Positions 19,401 through 29,700 of a stretch of 64,000 bases of DNA are shown here, piece after piece. Under the pieces are notes generated by a model. It saw nothing but the letters and a program-made list of their open reading frames with translations, was not told the DNA's origin and did not search any database. Both the position numbers and the translations under genes were made by a program. Positions within the stretch are counted from its first letter, which is position 1. Every line of letters begins with the position of its first letter. This stretch comes from Promethearchaeia archaeon (GTDB lineage Archaea > Asgardarchaeota > Lokiarchaeia > Sigyniarchaeales > SOKP01), in NCBI GenBank assembly GCA_046483985.1, contig JAWOCD010000085.1, positions 1 to 64,000 on the forward strand, written 5' to 3'.

Positions 19401-20047
19401 AAAAGATTCAAAAAGAACTCGGTAAACCAGCTAAGGAGGAGAAAGAAAAGAAGGAGGCGGAGAGGAAACCTAAGAAAGAGGCGAGGAAAGCCAAGGAGGC
19501 CGAAGAGAAGGAAGTTAAAGTTGATTTAGATAATTTAGAGGATCTCACCGTGAAGGAGCTTCGAACATTGGGGGATAAACATGATATAAGGCTGAAATCA
19601 CGACTTCGGAAGGACGAAATTATAGAAAAGATTCAAAAAGAACTCGGTAAACCAGCTAAGGAGGAGAAAGAAAAGAAAAAGAAAAGGAAACGGGAACCCG
19701 TAGAAGTGGTACCCGAAGAAATTAAGAAGGCAAAAGATCGTCTCAAAAGAATGAAAGGAAAAGCACCAAAAGAGAAACCAAAAAAGAAACCAAAAAAGAA
19801 AGAACCAATTAAACCTCCAAAACCTTCCAAGACCAAACAGACCAAATTGCCGGCGATAACAGATGAAAAGATACTCTCTGTTCTGAATAACGAGGAGTGG
19901 CAAACAATAAAGCATTTAATCTTTAAATTGAAAATCCGGGACATGATGGATGCCCGTTATCTGCAAATTAAACTAAGAGAGTTAACTCGTAAAGGAAAAG
20001 CTTTAGTGGATATTAAGAAAGGAAAAAAACATTGGAAACTAAAATAG
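16496..20047 (+). CDS. top6B: DNA topoisomerase VI subunit B, greatly enlarged (insertions plus C-terminal extension)
   Basis: GHKL motifs EFLDNALDA, DNGAGM and QTRGSQGFG; NPHVT; KPHP; SPPTD; TRKP; RFVNRTP; VNWKNY; immediately upstream of top6A. Confidence 0.92.
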   Translation: MTTEDEAKIKQGSIAQFMRKRTQLVGFDMGYWKHVQYAAEFLDNALDAIEAYQWRQLKEDSKYQYSLDQEIYLENLSIIQEEKKDQNSQDLDKEAKDTLMQEVGIKPVDEEEAQKQPEKTEEGEGMVVEMQDEIEIEQEVENIIKDMESLIQPVENVNLIDKEPIVIIRMTESEAASFLTAEMSTKNVMSYKFEVFDNGAGMPEIDLEKFGKYLASSKSFQLKQTRGSQGFGAPSAFSDAQNTTGKPVVTVSKSLNQIYGIISEFFTTSKNEKKYLIPPTEIDAPFLHGTYVKLEFLNIKYVRGYVDTYVKETALMNPHVTLVYIDPYGDEYIFPRKTESFPDKPKYAKPHPSSTNIGDLQDLLAKSDNLTISAFLQDNFVRISNNTAKEILDLAERDLQDKLNFLLLDDGYIVKAEKKGEDIYYARVEKRVYGRSKRKRDKLIIYQVTSDSLLELYWETIDQYDKFNKEIDKIKEQIKKKNTKIEEADTKKAARKIRKKKKKLLKEIDGIRDKKDKLRADMNEIFKGLDEGIKEIKNKSEVNEISDLVSEVEITETRPQELSSDQFNSLFRAFKSVKYMSPPTDTVVPVGATILENTMIKELGLKVSDNTEDFGRPVEEVHPIEENILKFKKKKLKREDPNLTEDELGELSVDHGEIESLSTQILDSFYELENGAENGGKDFGSSLTYLMDSAEIEERENYKEVFQFFTETYTMDDDFVGGETRKPTSGKGLAFVVEGVLAYSKKNIETPNRSRDVLSRFVNRTPKLRDSADCAITKAVQSVNWKNYNLDSFDNGLPKGPIKLLVNVSGPFVHLMFKSQSKNSLAEDENLMSEIKYCLEAIGRRLRVYLNRRAEIKKKEKRANLIEKYIPKFVESIYNIAETGNSKFTEKFSEEDLKALMRKGIGGKSKPEKEEGLKKKTKEKVKRPKKKGKVDLDNLEDLTVKELRALGDKHDIRLKSRLRKDEIIEKIQKELGKPAKEEKEKKEAERKPKKEARKAKEAEEKEVKVDLDNLEDLTVKELRTLGDKHDIRLKSRLRKDEIIEKIQKELGKPAKEEKEKKKKRKREPVEVVPEEIKKAKDRLKRMKGKAPKEKPKKKPKKKEPIKPPKPSKTKQTKLPAITDEKILSVLNNEEWQTIKHLIFKLKIRDMMDARYLQIKLRELTRKGKALVDIKKGKKHWKLK
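19295..19677 (+). repeat. 158-bp direct repeat (19295-19452 and 19520-19677), one mismatch, encoding duplicated HeH/Rho-N-like domain
   Basis: VDLDNLEDLTVKELR(A/T)LGDKHDIRLKSRLRKDEIIEKIQKELGKPAKEEKEK twice, offset 225 bp. Confidence 0.95.
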
Positions 20048-20065
20048 TTAAATTATTGAGGTGTA

Positions 20066-21256
20066 ATGATTATGGCTAAAAAGAAGAATATGGAAAAGTG
20101 GGACTTAGAGGCAACTAAAGAACTATTAAAGGAAAAACTGGAGGGAGATGAAGAAAAAGATGTAAATCTTCCCGAAAATACCGTAAAAATAGATGATCTT
20201 AACAGAGAACAAGCGTTAGAGCGTTTATATTCCATCGTAGATGAATTAATAAAACAAATATATAAACACGGCAGACCAACCGTAAAATTACCATCAAGAT
20301 CAAGTTCTAATATTATTTGGGATGAAGAGAATGACTTGTTATTACTTGGACAACAGATGAAGAAAAAGCATTTTCATTCTCTTACCAGTGTAGAAGATAT
20401 TACGAGATTGATACGTGTACTAGAAATTATTGATGAATTGTTAGAAAAAGATATGCACGCGACAAAGCGTGAAATTTATTATTCAGACGTAAAATTATTC
20501 AAAGATCAAAAGAACAGCGATAGAAGTATAGAGGATGTAGCAACTATGCTCTATACTACCAGAAATTCTACCCATGTAGTTGCATCAGCTCGTGGTTCAT
20601 GTGTGGGACGATTACGGATTCGGGATAAAAATGATATTATCGATTTAGAGCGTCTAGGTAGTGGAGGGTGGAGTATAAGCCCGATGTTAGATAATATTGA
20701 AATCATTGAATCGGATGCGGAATTCATACTTGTTGTGGAGAAAGATGCGGCTATGATGCGATTAGCTGAAGCTCGCTTTTGGCGGGATTATCCTTGTATT
20801 ATCCTCACCGCTCAAGGGGTGGGAAATGTGGCAGTTCGTATGTTTCTAAAAAGATTAAGTAAAGAACTTAAGCTTCCCGTATTCAGCTTGGTTGATAGTG
20901 ATCCATATGGGCATTACATCCATAGTGTATATATGAGAGGATCAAAACGGTTAAGTTATGAAACTCCTTTTTTAGCAACCCCTGATATCAAATTGCTGGG
21001 CGTTTTAACCAGAGACTTAGATAAATATAACATTCCAGATAATTGTAGATTAAAAATGAATAAAAAAGACCTCAAAAGGACCAGAGAAATGCTTGAAGAA
21101 GACTTTGTGAAGAATAATGAGAAATGGCAAAAAGATTTAAAATTGGCTTTAGACCTAAAAGTAAAAGCTGAGATTCAAGCACTCTCAAATCATGGATTTG
21201 AATTTTTAACGGAAGAATATCTCCCCGAAAAACTAACAACGGGTGATTGGATATGA
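20066..21256 (+). CDS. top6A: DNA topoisomerase VI subunit A (Spo11 family)
   Basis: TKREIYY catalytic Tyr; TOPRIM VVEKDA; DSDPYG; KAEIQAL. Confidence 0.95.
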   Translation: MIMAKKKNMEKWDLEATKELLKEKLEGDEEKDVNLPENTVKIDDLNREQALERLYSIVDELIKQIYKHGRPTVKLPSRSSSNIIWDEENDLLLLGQQMKKKHFHSLTSVEDITRLIRVLEIIDELLEKDMHATKREIYYSDVKLFKDQKNSDRSIEDVATMLYTTRNSTHVVASARGSCVGRLRIRDKNDIIDLERLGSGGWSISPMLDNIEIIESDAEFILVVEKDAAMMRLAEARFWRDYPCIILTAQGVGNVAVRMFLKRLSKELKLPVFSLVDSDPYGHYIHSVYMRGSKRLSYETPFLATPDIKLLGVLTRDLDKYNIPDNCRLKMNKKDLKRTREMLEEDFVKNNEKWQKDLKLALDLKVKAEIQALSNHGFEFLTEEYLPEKLTTGDWI

Positions 21257-21771
21257 GAACATTCCATAAGAAAGACGGAGGCATAGTTCAACTTATTGGA
21301 AAAGAAAAAATGGAATCTTGGTCCGTTGAATTACCGCTGATATTTATTGAATATATTCGAAGCAATAAGCTTGAATCATATGATGATGTTAAAAAAGATG
21401 TAGAGGCATACCTAGATGAGATTTTGGAAGATGTGGCAATACCGAGATTGATTGAAATATTAGAAGGAGATGATAATGAAGAAATTATTGCCGCTCTGGA
21501 GAGAATTAAGAATATTGCTGATGAAAACTTGGATATGACAAAACCGATTAAACCTTATCTTGAAGATCTTAAGAATAACCAAAACAAAGAAATTAAGGGT
21601 ATTACTAATGATATCTTAAAGCTATTTGAAAGGGAAAAGCGGCGTAAAGAACTAAATAAGCGAAGAAAAGTTATGAAGAAAAAGGAACAACAATTTATGG
21701 ACGGTAAAATTAGTGCTGAGGAATATGCAAAAGCACGGAAGGATTATATCGAATTTAGAGATAATCGATAG
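21253..21771 (+). CDS. Hypothetical protein (HEAT-like helices, coiled coil, C-terminal SHOCT-like motif)
   Basis: ATGA overlap with the top6A stop; AIPRLIEILEGDDNEEIIAALERI HEAT-like unit; FMDGKISAEEYAKAR at the C-terminus. Confidence 0.65.
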   Translation: MRTFHKKDGGIVQLIGKEKMESWSVELPLIFIEYIRSNKLESYDDVKKDVEAYLDEILEDVAIPRLIEILEGDDNEEIIAALERIKNIADENLDMTKPIKPYLEDLKNNQNKEIKGITNDILKLFEREKRRKELNKRRKVMKKKEQQFMDGKISAEEYAKARKDYIEFRDNR

Positions 21772-21778
21772 GTAATTA

Positions 21779-22459
21779 ATGAAAATGGAATGGAACCAAG
21801 ACAGATTTGACCAATTTATCATCGAACACCAGGTTATTGGGTTTTTTTCAGAATCGATTACCTTAAAATCTGGGAGAGAATCGCATTGGTATGTCAATTG
21901 GCGAGATATTGCTGAAGATGTTTATCTGTTAGACAAATTATCTGATTTTGTCATATCCTATATTCAGCACAAGGATTTTGATCCCGATTGTTTTTTTGGA
22001 GTTCCCGAAGGCGCAACCAAGTTAGGAATTCTCTGTCAGTATAAATGGGCAACCTCGAAAGCAGATTACCAAGAAGGGAGGTATGTATTAGCCATGGGAA
22101 GAGGTAAGCCAAAGGCACATGGAGAATTAAAGGATCAAAATTACTTGGGGATTCCCAGAGGGAAAATCGTAGTTATAGAAGATGTAACCACGACAGGAGG
22201 ATCTATGTTTTCTACAGTTCAAAATTTATTGGAATTTGACATAAATATTATTGCTGCAGTCGGACTCACCAATCGAAATGAAATAAGAAGGGATGGAAAA
22301 TCGGTCAAAGAATTATTCGATGATATTGGCATAGATTATTACGCAATGAGCAATGCTATTGACTTGTTACCCAAATTAAATCCCCAACAATCAATAGCTA
22401 AAAAGGTTCAAGCTTATTTTGAACAATACGGGACAGAGGGAATTGATTTTCATCTCTAA
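21779..22459 (+). CDS. pyrE: Orotate phosphoribosyltransferase
   Basis: TLKSGRESHWY, K.HG and PRPP-binding VVIEDVTTTGGS. Confidence 0.85.
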   Translation: MKMEWNQDRFDQFIIEHQVIGFFSESITLKSGRESHWYVNWRDIAEDVYLLDKLSDFVISYIQHKDFDPDCFFGVPEGATKLGILCQYKWATSKADYQEGRYVLAMGRGKPKAHGELKDQNYLGIPRGKIVVIEDVTTTGGSMFSTVQNLLEFDINIIAAVGLTNRNEIRRDGKSVKELFDDIGIDYYAMSNAIDLLPKLNPQQSIAKKVQAYFEQYGTEGIDFHL

Positions 22460-22494
22460 CAAAGTTTTATTAATTTCCTAATTAAAATGTTATT

Positions 22495-25119
22495 ATGTTT
22501 CTTGCCCTCACTAATTTAAATAAAACCACATTTGAAGATTTTAACGTTAAACTCGTTCCATCACCTCTACATATTGCTGAGGTTCATTCTTATTCTTTAC
22601 AGATCTCCGAAAACTCTCAGTTCATTTCTTCTCTTTCCGAGAATTATCCTTATTTTATTGAGATCCTTAATAGTTATCTTGAACGAAGTTCGTTACAAGC
22701 CCACCTTTCTCTTAAAAAAGTGACATATGAAAGGGATTTTTCTCAATATGAATCACTTATCGAAACGTGTGAGAACAGTTTTCCAGAGGTAAATCTTGAT
22801 AAAATATCTAGAAGGGATAATTTCAAAGAACAAGGATATCTTCTCGTAGCTCATGAAGATTCTATCCTTGTGCAAGCTTTTGAAGCACAAGGACTATTTT
22901 ATGGTATTCAAACTCTAATTCAAATTCTGCGTTCTTCTCCGGGCGGTATAACTATAAATCCTATTCGAATTATAGATTATCCTTTATTGAAAATAAGGGG
23001 GGTGTCTGATGATATTTCTCGAGGACAAGCCGCCACTAAGGAGAACTTGAAAAAATTCATCAAAACCTTGAGCCATTTTAAGATTAACCAATATTATCTC
23101 GTTTATATGCAAGACATGTTCCAGTATTCCAATCATCCGCAAATCGGGAAGAGACGAGGAGCCTACGCTAAAGAAGATATAGAGGAGTTAGTTAAGTATG
23201 CCAAAAAGCATTTTGTGGAATTAATTCCCATTTTTAATGCGAACGGACATTGGGATAATATTCTTTTTTTTCCGGAATATTGGAAATACGGTGAGTTCCC
23301 CGCATCTAATAGTTTAAATATCGCGAACGATCAAATCTATAAGTTATTGGATGAAATGATTGGCGAACTGAGTCAAGTGTTTACTTCCCCCTATTTTCAT
23401 ATGGGCTCTGACGAAAGTTGGGACGTCGGACAAGGCAGCTCAAAAGATTATGTTGATCAGTTAGGAATTGCCCAAGCCTATTTAAAACATTACAAGCGCA
23501 TTTATCAGATCATCAAAAAACACGGATATGACAAGATAATTATCTATCACGACATTCTTCATAAATATAAAGATGTGTTAGAGAATTTACCGGAGGATAT
23601 GATTATCATGTATTGGAGATATACCACTTCCAGGAAACATAAAACCATTGATCATATAAAATCTTATGAGTTTCCCGTTATTGTGAGCCCTTCGATAATG
23701 GACTATAATCGTCCCTTTCCTGCTTTAACAAAGTCAATGCATAATATTCGAAACTTAATTAACTACGGATGGCAAAAAGGAATAATCGGAGAAATTACCT
23801 CTGGCTGGGGCGATTATCATAATAAGGAACTACGAGAAAATAGAATTTATGGTTTTCTCTTTTCCTCAGAATTTGGGTGGAAACCGGATTCAAATAAAAA
23901 TTTTTCGACATTATGGAATTATATTTTCCTGCATTTTTTTGGCATAGATGATAATAGAATTCTACAGATTTTTGACGCTTTTCGAGAGATTCAAGATAAA
24001 AAACGGTTAAATGTAACTCCCTCCTTGTTCTATAATCATTTCTTTAGCCATCCATACGCAAAAAATACATTAATGTATAAAATAACCCGGAAAACTAAGG
24101 GATTTGATAAGTTAATAGCAGACCTTAGGAATATTATAAACACTTGTGATAAACTTGAACAAAAAGTAAAGAAAAATAAAATAAATCTTAGATATCTTGC
24201 ATTTGTTGCGGAACAAATGAAATTATATTGTAAAAAGAGGATGAATTCTAAAAATCTTACCAGAATTAAGCCAGAAAAATTATCAGAAAAAGAGATACGG
24301 GATAAAATAAAGGAGATTAGACGGTTAAAAGCAGATTTACTTGATTTAACTCAGAATTATGAAGACTTATGGAAATTATGTGCTCGAAAACAGGGATTAG
24401 ACCCAATTTTACGAAAATTTTTCCGGTTATCCCGATTTTATCAGCAAAAAATAATCGCCTTAAGAAAAAAAGATCCGTGGAAAAAGCCGTATATTCCCAG
24501 CGAAACTATTTATTTAAATGCTAGAAAGATAGATCGAATCCATACTACCTATTACTGTAAAGTTATTAACATCCCTCATGATGTAAAAAGTGCGTATATT
24601 CAAGTAATGGGGGGTATATTCGCAGAAATTTATGTAAATAAAGAGAAAATTGGGCATGTGATTACCCGTAATACTTTAAATTACGTCATTTTAGAGCATA
24701 ACTTGAAACTCTTTTCCATTAAAGAAAATCTTTCAGGGGGTTCGAACATTATATTGATTAAAAATACTGATTTTATTGGGGGTGTCGCCCCCATCAATTT
24801 GTATGGAGAAATAATTTTTAATAATGGAAAGAGAGAGATAATTAAAACAGATTTAACATGGAAAGCAACCCGAAATCTTCAATCCCTTGAAAATCTTACT
24901 TCTTTATCTTTGAATTCTTGGAATAGGGTCCATTCATTCGGTAAACCACCTAAAGCTACTGGTGGATTAACTTATCCACATTTTGAAAAAAAGATCCGTT
25001 CCCATCATAGCGATCTAATGCCCCTCTTAAATTCTGTGATTGCCTCACTTCCTCGGTTCTTATTTCCTTTCCTTAAACTCGGTGTGAAGATTGTCAATTT
25101 TTTCGACATTATTGAGTGA
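22495..25119 (+). CDS. Glycoside hydrolase family 20 (beta-N-acetylhexosaminidase-like)
   Basis: [20 protein letters not shown]...[10 protein letters not shown] and catalytic FHMGSDE; extra C-terminal beta domain; no obvious signal peptide. Confidence 0.85.
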   Translation: MFLALTNLNKTTFEDFNVKLVPSPLHIAEVHSYSLQISENSQFISSLSENYPYFIEILNSYLERSSLQAHLSLKKVTYERDFSQYESLIETCENSFPEVNLDKISRRDNFKEQGYLLVAHEDSILVQAFEAQGLFYGIQTLIQILRSSPGGITINPIRIIDYPLLKIRGVSDDISRGQAATKENLKKFIKTLSHFKINQYYLVYMQDMFQYSNHPQIGKRRGAYAKEDIEELVKYAKKHFVELIPIFNANGHWDNILFFPEYWKYGEFPASNSLNIANDQIYKLLDEMIGELSQVFTSPYFHMGSDESWDVGQGSSKDYVDQLGIAQAYLKHYKRIYQIIKKHGYDKIIIYHDILHKYKDVLENLPEDMIIMYWRYTTSRKHKTIDHIKSYEFPVIVSPSIMDYNRPFPALTKSMHNIRNLINYGWQKGIIGEITSGWGDYHNKELRENRIYGFLFSSEFGWKPDSNKNFSTLWNYIFLHFFGIDDNRILQIFDAFREIQDKKRLNVTPSLFYNHFFSHPYAKNTLMYKITRKTKGFDKLIADLRNIINTCDKLEQKVKKNKINLRYLAFVAEQMKLYCKKRMNSKNLTRIKPEKLSEKEIRDKIKEIRRLKADLLDLTQNYEDLWKLCARKQGLDPILRKFFRLSRFYQQKIIALRKKDPWKKPYIPSETIYLNARKIDRIHTTYYCKVINIPHDVKSAYIQVMGGIFAEIYVNKEKIGHVITRNTLNYVILEHNLKLFSIKENLSGGSNIILIKNTDFIGGVAPINLYGEIIFNNGKREIIKTDLTWKATRNLQSLENLTSLSLNSWNRVHSFGKPPKATGGLTYPHFEKKIRSHHSDLMPLLNSVIASLPRFLFPFLKLGVKIVNFFDIIE

Positions 25120-25221
25120 AAGGAAATAAGATATAATATCTCATTATTTATATCAGATTACGCAAAAATTTAAAATTATTTAGATTAATATTATGATAAG
25201 AGTAAATTTTGAAATTTTTAG

Positions 25222-25908
25222 GTGATTTTGATTTTTAAGAAAAAGAAGGATGATTTCGAAAAAGAGAAGGAAAAAGCAAGAGCGAAGCTCCGGAAAAAAG
25301 CAGAAAAAATTCAAGCAAAAAAGGAAAAAAAACGCAAAGAAGCGGAAAAGATCTTAGATGAGGAATATGTAGATCGGAGATTAGAGTTTGAGCGTAAGCG
25401 AGATAAACAGTTTCAAACAAAAAGAGATTCTAAAATAAAAGAAATTCGTGAAGAAGTGTTAGCCGATGAAAAAGATACCTTTGAATGTAAAGTATGCGGT
25501 CGTGAAATTGGATTAGGAAATATGCAATGTCCCAATTGCGGTCAAATGTATTGCCCCTTTTGTGGAGCTTTTCTAGATGACGAAGACTTTAGTGGAAAAT
25601 GTCCTCGCTGTGGAGGATTTGTTGCAGGCGGAGTGACTCCCGCCGAATTAGTACAGACCCGTGTTGAGGATATTCCAGAAGGGGACCGATTTTGGGAAGG
25701 ATTACAGAATTGCCCCAAATGTGGAGCTTCTACTCAACCCGATTGGGATGAATGTCCCATCTGTGGAGCGAAATTAGAGAAAAAAGTTAAAAAGAAAGAA
25801 GAAGAACCAAAAGAAGAAAAATCAATCAAATCAATAAAGGAAAAGCGAAAAGAAGAATTAAAGAAAAGGAGAAGAAGGAAAAAATCGGGACCTAAACGAG
25901 GTATATAA
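25222..25908 (+). CDS. Multi-zinc-ribbon protein with charged termini
   Basis: Six CxxC motifs (CKVC, CPNC, CPFC, CPRC, CPKC, CPIC) between Lys/Glu-rich helical ends. Confidence 0.75.
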   Translation: MILIFKKKKDDFEKEKEKARAKLRKKAEKIQAKKEKKRKEAEKILDEEYVDRRLEFERKRDKQFQTKRDSKIKEIREEVLADEKDTFECKVCGREIGLGNMQCPNCGQMYCPFCGAFLDDEDFSGKCPRCGGFVAGGVTPAELVQTRVEDIPEGDRFWEGLQNCPKCGASTQPDWDECPICGAKLEKKVKKKEEEPKEEKSIKSIKEKRKEELKKRRRRKKSGPKRGI

Positions 25909-25997
25909 TTTTTCTCTTTGGTTTGATCATTTTTTCTTAGCAAGAGGTTTGATACAATTAACCCGTCCGTGGTATTTTTATTTCTTAGGAAATCTCC

Positions 25998-26561
25998 TTA
26001 TAGATCTAAAAAAAATTTACGCCAAGAATTTATTAATTTAAATATATTTTTATTCAAAAGTTTCTCTGCATCAGTTAGATTTTTCTCATCTGCGGGAGAT
26101 AACTCTGAACGTGAGAGTTTTAATAATTTTAACAGACGGGAATCGACGAGGTTTGACAAATAGGAATTGTATCGATTTAAATTTGTTTGAGGAATGACGT
26201 TTTCATTTACCTTCTTTACTAAAAATTGTCTAAATTCTCTTATCTTATTGAGCAAAAATTTGTCCTTCTGATTAACAATCCGCTGATCGTCCCTTTCCTT
26301 GATGGCAAGTCTCTGAACGTCCATGTTATCACATTTTTCTTCCGGAATTACCTCTAAAATCCCCCTTTTAATAAAGGGAGTTGCGATGAATTGTTTCATT
26401 TTATATCTCTTTCCTTTCTTAAACGGTCCTATCCGATGACCTAATAAAGAAAATCCATCAAAACCCTTAATACATTTTGTTACAATTGGATTATTCTTAT
26501 AAATGAAATTAATTCTCTTTAAATCATTCCCAAAATCGGTTTCAAGTTTTAAATCCATCAA
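25998..26561 (-). CDS. gins23: GINS complex subunit (Gins23/Psf2-Psf3 type)
   Basis: N-terminal beta B-domain (IGPFKKG...IATPFIKRGILE) followed by a helical A-domain (RLLKLLKL, LTDAEKLL); size and proximity to mcm fit. Confidence 0.75.
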   Translation of the reverse strand: MMDLKLETDFGNDLKRINFIYKNNPIVTKCIKGFDGFSLLGHRIGPFKKGKRYKMKQFIATPFIKRGILEVIPEEKCDNMDVQRLAIKERDDQRIVNQKDKFLLNKIREFRQFLVKKVNENVIPQTNLNRYNSYLSNLVDSRLLKLLKLSRSELSPADEKNLTDAEKLLNKNIFKLINSWRKFFLDL

Positions 26562-26703
26562 TTCTTAAGTACACTTGGATAGTTTTAATAAATTAGATTA
26601 ATTCTATAATATTAACTTTTATTATTAATCTGGAAATTAAAGCTTATAATTTTTGGAGATTATCTTGATTTTTGAAAGAGCCTATTTCCCACAAGATCTC
26701 AAT

Positions 26704-29700
26704 ATGTTTAATAATACTACGTCCATTGTCCTATTTATTATCTTTTTAGCGGCGTTTGCATCTGGGTTCTTTTTAATTTATCGCCAAGTAGCCCTAGTGA
26801 AGAAGGGAGAATTTGAAATCCTAGATACATTGCAGTGTGTATTATACGGATTTATTTTCAGTATGGCTATAATGGTTGTGATGGGCATGGCTTTTATTTT
26901 TGCCGTTAATACTCAAAGCTTTTGGGAACCTACTCCTTTGAATCCCAACCCTCCTACCCCTCCCGAGATTAACCCCCTATGGTTAATCTTTCCAGTCTTC
27001 TTTTGCTTAGCTTATCTTACTTTTTATCCCCTAATTGATTTTCTTTTTATTGCCTTAAGTAAGGAATCCGACAAAGGATTAACAATATTTCATAGATATA
27101 TTGGAAATTATATAATCAATACAACGGATAGTAAAATTTTTTCTGTAATTTCTGCAATATGCTTCTATTTGGGGGTATTTATTTTGCCGCCATATCTTCT
27201 TTATTTATTTCTTGATTTACCCTTACTTGTAATCTTTATTACATGGATATTAGGATATCCCTTGATGGTTTTAACGTTTTATGGAGCAAAAGGCTGGGTT
27301 GCGGGATTTTCCAATACAATATTTCATATTGAACAGCGTTCATTTTTTCTAGGGTTTGAAGATCCTGAGAGAGTGATGGAAGAGGCAAAAGATTTTCCGA
27401 ACGTTACGGGCCCCCGGATTTTAATGGGAATGATGCTTTTTGTTTTTGTCTGGATTTGGATTTCAATGTTCCAAACTTTATCATTTTATTTTTCGGGAGA
27501 TATGCCAATTTCTCCCTACTCCTTTGCTGGACTTGTGTTTGTAACGTTAATATTTGGAGTTATTGGATATTTTACTCGTTATTGGAGTAGACAGATAAAA
27601 TATCGTAGTATAGACATTTCATTTGCGGGGTATTTGATGGCATGTATTGGAATTAATGTATTAGCAAATTTTCTTATAGTTAATGCCAATAAATTGGAAA
27701 GCTCTTTTAATTATACTATTATTGGACTATATGAGTTAGTCCCTAATTATCTCTCACTTGCTTTTGCTGCAGTAATTGAAGAAGTTTTTCTGGTCACTTT
27801 TATTTGTTATTTTCTCTTTGCCAAGACAGATTTTACCCAAAATTTGAAATATTCCAAGATAAATGAATGTGGGCAGATCTTTGATCCCATCCCATTGTTT
27901 AATTTTCTTAGAAGTAATGATCCAAAAATTAGAAAGCAAGCTGAAGAAACCGTATTGTTAATGTTCGAACGAATTCCTTTAAAAGAAGATGTTGATCTGA
28001 ATAAAAACATTTTTAAAAATACTCTTATTGACGGCTTATGTGATCTGAACCCATACGCTCAGAAAGTAAGTTACCAAATTTTAACCCAATTGGAGAGAGA
28101 TGTACCTGATCTTGTTTTACCGTGGATAATTGAGAATTTAGAATCTCCAAATTATGACAAAAGTATTCCCTTTGCACGTTCTTTAACAACTGCAGATATC
28201 GATCTTGTTAAAAAAGTACCGCCAGAGATCATATTCAATCTTATCCAAGATTTAGAATGGAGGCTTAAATTGATTGGGCTGGATATTTTATCCCGTTTAG
28301 CAAAAGTAGAAGATGAAATTGTTTTAACGCTTTTGATGAAAAAGCATTTATTAAACGATCTTGTAAATGATCCCGATGGAGAGGTTCAAGTTAAGATATT
28401 AAATATTCTTGCTGACACAGAGGTGGTGCTTCCTCTTACTTCCATAATTGATAGATTGGATGACTCTAATTCCCAGATAAAAGCCGCCGCCATCAGAAAT
28501 ATTAAAAATATTAAAGAGGAAAATCTTGACTCACAAGTGGTCTCTAAACTGATCCCACTCATGAGAGATCCTTCAAGTGAAGTAAGAGCTTCTGTATTTG
28601 AAGTTCTTGCTAAAATTGGTCATTTTCAGAAATATTTTATACCAAATCTTCCTTTCTTGGAAGGCTTAACAGATCTCAATAAAGAGGTAAGGAAGGCCTC
28701 TATCATCGCACTTGAACGATATTTTGATGAACAACCCGAATCCCTTGATTTAGATATGATAATTAATAGAATTGATCCCAATAATGAAGAAATCGTAAAT
28801 AGTGCGTTAACTCTCCTTGGGAGATTATGGGATAAAAACCCAGAAAAGATTCTCACCACCTTACTTGGATTTATAAAATTGGAGAATCAATCGCTCAAAG
28901 AAAATATTTCTAATATATTGGTTGAGAGATATGAGTCAAATCCAGATTTAATTATAGATAATCTCATAGAAATACCAGATGTATCGAAATTTATCACAAA
29001 AGGAATAATTACAAAGACTCTTATTAAAATTGGCGAGTTAGACCCTCACAATGTAATTCCAAAATTGGTTTCCTTTTTAAATTCGAAAAATAAGGATACT
29101 AAATTAAATGCGATAAGAGCTTTAGAGGAATTAGTCAGTAATTTTCCCGATAAGGTTAAATTAAAACCATTTTTAGTCATTCTGCGGCAAGAAAAAAATA
29201 AAAAAATAAAAAAAGAGGCAGCCAAAGTAATATCTAAAGTCGCCCAAGTGGAACCAAATGCTTTAAAACCGCTTGTTTCCGTGATTTTGCAAGCAATGCA
29301 TGAACAAGAAAATTCAGTTAAACTAGTTTTGGGAAAATCATTATTACAGATCTCTCAAGAATCCCCTGAAATCCTTCCCGTCCGTCCCATTATAAATTTA
29401 TACAATGATGAAGATTCATTTATTCGGGAAACGGCTGCAAAAACTCTCGGAAATATAGGATACAAAGCACCTCGAGAATGTATTAGAGCCTTATTAGACA
29501 AAGGATTAAAAGATGAGGAATGGAATGTAAGAGAAGCTTCTGTTACTAGTTTAGGGGATCTAATAGAATATGTAGATAATAAAGAGATGCTCATATCGAG
29601 TTTAGTGAAACTTCTTTCTGATGAACAAATGTGGGTGCGACGCTCTGCCTTAAATATTTTAGCCGATCTTAAAAATTTGGGTCCAAAAGATTTGCCATTT

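Noticed and set aside
19855-20047. Top6B C-terminal domain as a Z-alpha Z-DNA-binding domain
   Set aside because: The winged-helix-like pattern and terminal Trp are similar, but the Asn/Tyr recognition residues and Pro-Pro wing are absent; only a generic winged helix is suggested.
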